The translations under genes and the position numbers were made by a program. Positions 59,743-64,000 of a stretch of DNA of 64,000 nucleotides are shown piece by piece. The DNA comes from the human T2T-CHM13v2.0 reference genome, Homo sapiens, in the NCBI RefSeq assembly GCF_009914755.1, contig NC_060929.1. One strand, given 5' to 3'. The number at the start of each line of letters is the position of its first letter. The first letter of the stretch is position 1. The notes beneath the pieces were generated by a model. That model saw only the letters and a list, made by a program, of their open reading frames with translations, searched no databases and was not told the origin of the DNA.

Positions 59743-60919
59743 TCATCCAATTGATTGCCAAGATAGTATGATTAATCTGCTTATTTAAGCTACCCAGTGG
59801 TTTCCTTTCCAATAGCTCTTTTCTCTCCTTAACAGGAAACGGTTTTTCTTTTTCAGACATTCACCCTTCATTCACTTAACCATATGCCTCAGGGGAAGCT
59901 GATCGCATCCAAGCTCCAAGGGAGTTCTTTTGGAATAATTTTCCTCTCTCCCAAGAGATGGACTATGTTCTTCTGGTTGTTATAAGACTGTATATAATGC
60001 CTAAAATTGTTTCAGATTTCTTGTTTCTAGTCTAAAAATCATGCCAGCAGGATGATTTTGGAGGATAGCAAGAAAAGTAAACTAAAAGGATCTGGTTTTT
60101 TGGTAACATTATTGAGCTGATTAATCAATTACCCTTTGGGTTTAAGAGACTTTTCAGTTACAATGAGAGAAATGCTACCTTCCTTTAGTCTTATCAATGA
60201 ATCTTTTCAGTAGGGACTTATGGATTATGTAAAAGATAATTCAATGAGATGTAGAAAAAAATTGCAATTCTTATTTATCTTTATTTTCATCTGAAAATTC
60301 AAAGCCAGTCATCTTACAAAAATTTAATAACTGGGATAATATTCCTTTTTCTATCTATAAGTTAATTATATGTCACGCATGATACACAAGGTTCTTTCTC
60401 TGAGGAGAATGGGAGTTCTAAAACTGAACAATTGCATGTTTACTTTTTCCCCTAGTTTCAGTGTATGGCCATGTAGTACAGTTTATATGTTTCTGGATAA
60501 GAGGATTGATAGATAAAATTAGCTAGTTCTAATCAAACTAATCCTTTCAAAATGGACAAGTAGTTTTAAAAAATAAAACATATATTGAGGACAATAATAA
60601 TTACAATAATGCAAGCACAAGCCAACAATAAGAAAGTATCAGAGCTGTCACTTCTCCTACCCCCATACAAGCTCTTTATCAGGCATATTAAGTTAAAAAG
60701 TAGTGAAAGTCTGTTAGACTTGAAAAAATGTCAGCCAACAGTGGCCAATTAACTGATTTTGGAAAATTAATTTATGGAAAAACCATTGTATCTTTAGAAA
60801 TGGTTCCACCATTAAGCAACTTCAGGGCTGAAAATGTGTCCCTTTTAAGTATTCTCACTTGCACATAAAACTTGGAAATAGAATTCTAACTTTAATGAAA
60901 ATCCTTCAAACGTACCTCA

Positions 60920-63900
60920 TCTTTCTGGTAAAACATATAAGGATCTCAGAAGTTGTCACGCCCTGCTAACAACAAGTAAAACATTGAGCAAACTGAAAAA
61001 TCAACAATTCTTAGACTTTTGATCAGAGAACTGAGGTCGCAGGACAAACTGATGCATCTAAAATTGGAGACAGGGAGGCAGACTCAGAGAATCACAACTT
61101 AACAAGAGCAGAAACCTCCCTGTTTGTCAGGCTAGGAAACCCTAAAATGTAATTTTGATGAATTGCAGATGGCTCATTGTAGTCAAATCTAAGAGATTAA
61201 AAATTTCAGGGGACCCAATCCCATAGGAGAGCCCCTATAGTTTTGTAAGTTTTACCTGTGAGAGCTCTACTAAGATCTCACAGTTAAGATATGAGAAAAA
61301 TTCCCTCATGTTGTTGGCTGGAGGAGAAGAAAAGTAACCATTTTGAAATAATCCACAGCTTCTGTTCTTAACAAAGCCTGACTTGAAAGAAGCTATTTTA
61401 TCTGAGCCTAAACTACTGGGGTTTTAGCCGAGGATAAGCTGCCTTAGGGGAGGAAAATATCCTATTTCAGCTCCCCCTAGCCTTCCCAACTCTAGCCCAT
61501 TCTAGCCATCCCATCTCACCAAAGGGGAGAGGGACTAAGAAGCATGTGGGTAACTCACAGTCCAAAGACACAGGCTTACTGAAAGACTGAGACCTAATCA
61601 TAGGACTATAGAATACTTCTCCTTCTGCAACACCTTAGGCGTTTTTACTGGTACTTGGTCTTGAGCTTTGTACAAAAAATTACAAGGCACACTAAAAGAA
61701 AAAAAATAGGCAGTTTGAAGAGACAGAGAAAGCATCAAAACCAGACACAGAAATGGCAGGGATATTGGAATTATTAGACCAGAAATTTTAAAAAACTACA
61801 GTTAATATGCTAAAGGCTCTAAACAGTGTAACACAAATGAAGAATGCCTTTGTTGGACTCATTAGTAGACTAGACATAGCCTAATGAAAATAATTTCTCA
61901 GTTTCAGGAAAGATTCTCTGAGCTTGAGAATATGTCAATAGAAACTTCCGAAACTGAAATTTCAGAAAAAAAAAAAAGACTAGGAAAAAAGTAACAAAAT
62001 ATTCAAAAACAGTGTAATAACTACGAAAGCTGTAACAAACACTTAATGGGAATATCAGAAGAAAAATAAAGAAAGAAAGGAACAGAAGAAACATCAGAAG
62101 CAATAATGACTGAGAATTTCCCCTAATTAATATCAGATACCAAACCACAGATCCAGGAAGCTCAGTGAACACCAAGCAGGGTAAATGCTCAAAAAACTAC
62201 CCATAGGCATGTCATATTCAAACTGTAGAAAATAAAAAACAAAGAAAAAATTTTGAAACAAGTGAGGAAAATTATTTACCTATAGAGGACCAAAGATAGG
62301 AATTATACCCAGCTTCTTCTCAGGAACCATGCAAACAGTAAAGGAGTAGAGTGAAATATTTTAAAGTGCTGAGAGAGATAGAATAAAACACCAACCAATA
62401 ATTCTGCATCCTGCAAAATTATTGTCCAGAAAGTAGAAATAAAGACTTTCTTAGACAAAAATTGAGGGTATTTGTTGCAAGTATACCAGCCTTGCAGGAA
62501 ATGATGAAAGAGGAGAGAAGCAAAATGATATAGGCCAGAAACTTGGATCTACATAGAAAGGAAGAACATTAGAGAAGGAATAAGTGAAGGTAAAATAAAA
62601 ACTTTTATTTTTCTTATTCTCAATTGATCTAACAGGTAACAATTTATTCAAAATTATAGCAACAATGTATTATTAAGTAATTATAGCTTATGCATAAGTG
62701 AAATGCATGACATCAATGACATAAGGAATGAGAGGAAGGAATTATGAATACTTTAGTATAAAGTACTTGTACTACCTGAGAAGCGGTATAATGGATTTGA
62801 AAGTGGACCTGAATTCATTGTAAATGTATATTGCAAATTCTAGGACAATCACTAAAAAAAAAAAAAAACTAAAATTAGAAGTATAATGGATTTGCTAAGA
62901 AAGAAGAGAAAATGGAATCACGTGAAATACTCAAAACCATAAAAGGCAGAAAAAGAATAGAAGACAAAAATAGGATCAAAGAACAAGGTCTATGAATAGA
63001 AAAGAGTAACAAATACGGTAGATATTAATCCAACTTTATCAAAAATCACTTTGAAAATCAATAGCCTAATACAGTTTACAAGACAGAGATTATCAGAGCG
63101 GATCAAAAAACATTACCCAACTATATCTTTCTACAAAAAAAGTCTACTTTAAATATAAAGGCACATATAGATTAAAAGCTAAGGGCTGGAGAAAGATATG
63201 CCGTGCTAACACTAAGAACACTGGAGTAGCTATCTTCATTTCAAACAGCAGATTTTTAGAGCATGAAAAATTATCCAGGATAAAAAGGGGTATTACATAA
63301 TGATAAAAGGGTTAATTCTCCAAGAAGACATAAAATTGTTTTATTTATGCATCTAGCAAAGGCATCAAAAATATGTGAGTCAAAGATTTATAGAACTGCA
63401 AGGAGAAATAGATGAGTCCACTATTGTAGTTGAAGATTTCAACATTCTTCTATCAGAAAATCAGTAAGGACACAGTTGAAATCAACAATAACATCAATCA
63501 ATTGACTATAATGGACATCTATAGACTATTTCATCCAACAACAGCAGAATACACATTCTCCTCAAACTTAATGAATACTCACCAAGATAGATCCCATTGT
63601 GGTTTATAAAACACACCTTAGCAAATTTGAAAGACCAGAAGTCATACAATGTCTGCTGTCAGGCCACAATGGAATTAAAGTAGACATCAAAAACAGAAAG
63701 GTAGATGAAAAATCTCAAAATATATGCAGATTAAAGAACACTTTTAAATAATACAGTGGTCAAAAAACAAATATCAACAGAAAATTTAAAATATTTTGAA
63801 CTAAATAAAAATACAATTTATTAAAATTTGTGAAATGCTGCAAAAACCACAGTGCTTAAAGAGATATTTATAGCGTTAAATGTGCATATGAGAAGACAAC

Positions 63901-64000
63901 AAAAAACTAAAATTAATTTAAGCTTCCACTTTAGGAAATAAGAAAAAGGAGAACAAATTAAATCCAAAATAAGTAAAAAAAAGAAATAACAAAAATAAAG
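60920..64000 (+). mobile_element. Ancient L1M (5' region, decayed ORF1 and ORF2 EN), runs off the window
   Basis: gagaatttccc..., cagatccaggaagctcag (ORF1-like); cataatgataaaagggttaattctccaagaagac and gacatctatagacta...cagcagaatacacattc (EN-like). Confidence 0.8.

Overview
Primate, almost certainly human, genomic DNA (my recognition: the chr5 GHR-CCDC152 interval), + strand. The window holds the last three exons of the growth hormone receptor gene GHR (exon 8 transmembrane, exon 9 Box1, exon 10 cytoplasmic tail plus ~2.4 kb 3'UTR). A repeat-rich ~35 kb intergenic region follows, then the CpG-rich promoter and first four exons of CCDC152. The intergenic region contains a full-length L1PA2-type LINE-1 (intact ORF1, broken ORF2), a 5'-truncated older L1, Alus, MaLR LTRs and MER DNA transposons. 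I see no prokaryote-style novel system (no CRISPR, no operon). The most interesting signals the ORF track does not show are: (1) a heavily decayed, intronless cTAGE5/MIA2-like retrocopy at ~33.7-35.4 kb; (2) a ~194-bp apparent gene-conversion tract between the two neighbouring L1s; (3) a template-switch insertion in the L1 5'UTR that builds a hairpin and truncates ORF0; (4) a ~162-bp tandem duplication in the CCDC152 promoter/intron 1; (5) a twin-priming-type L1 inversion. Repeat subfamily names and homologies come from recalled consensus sequences, not database searches.
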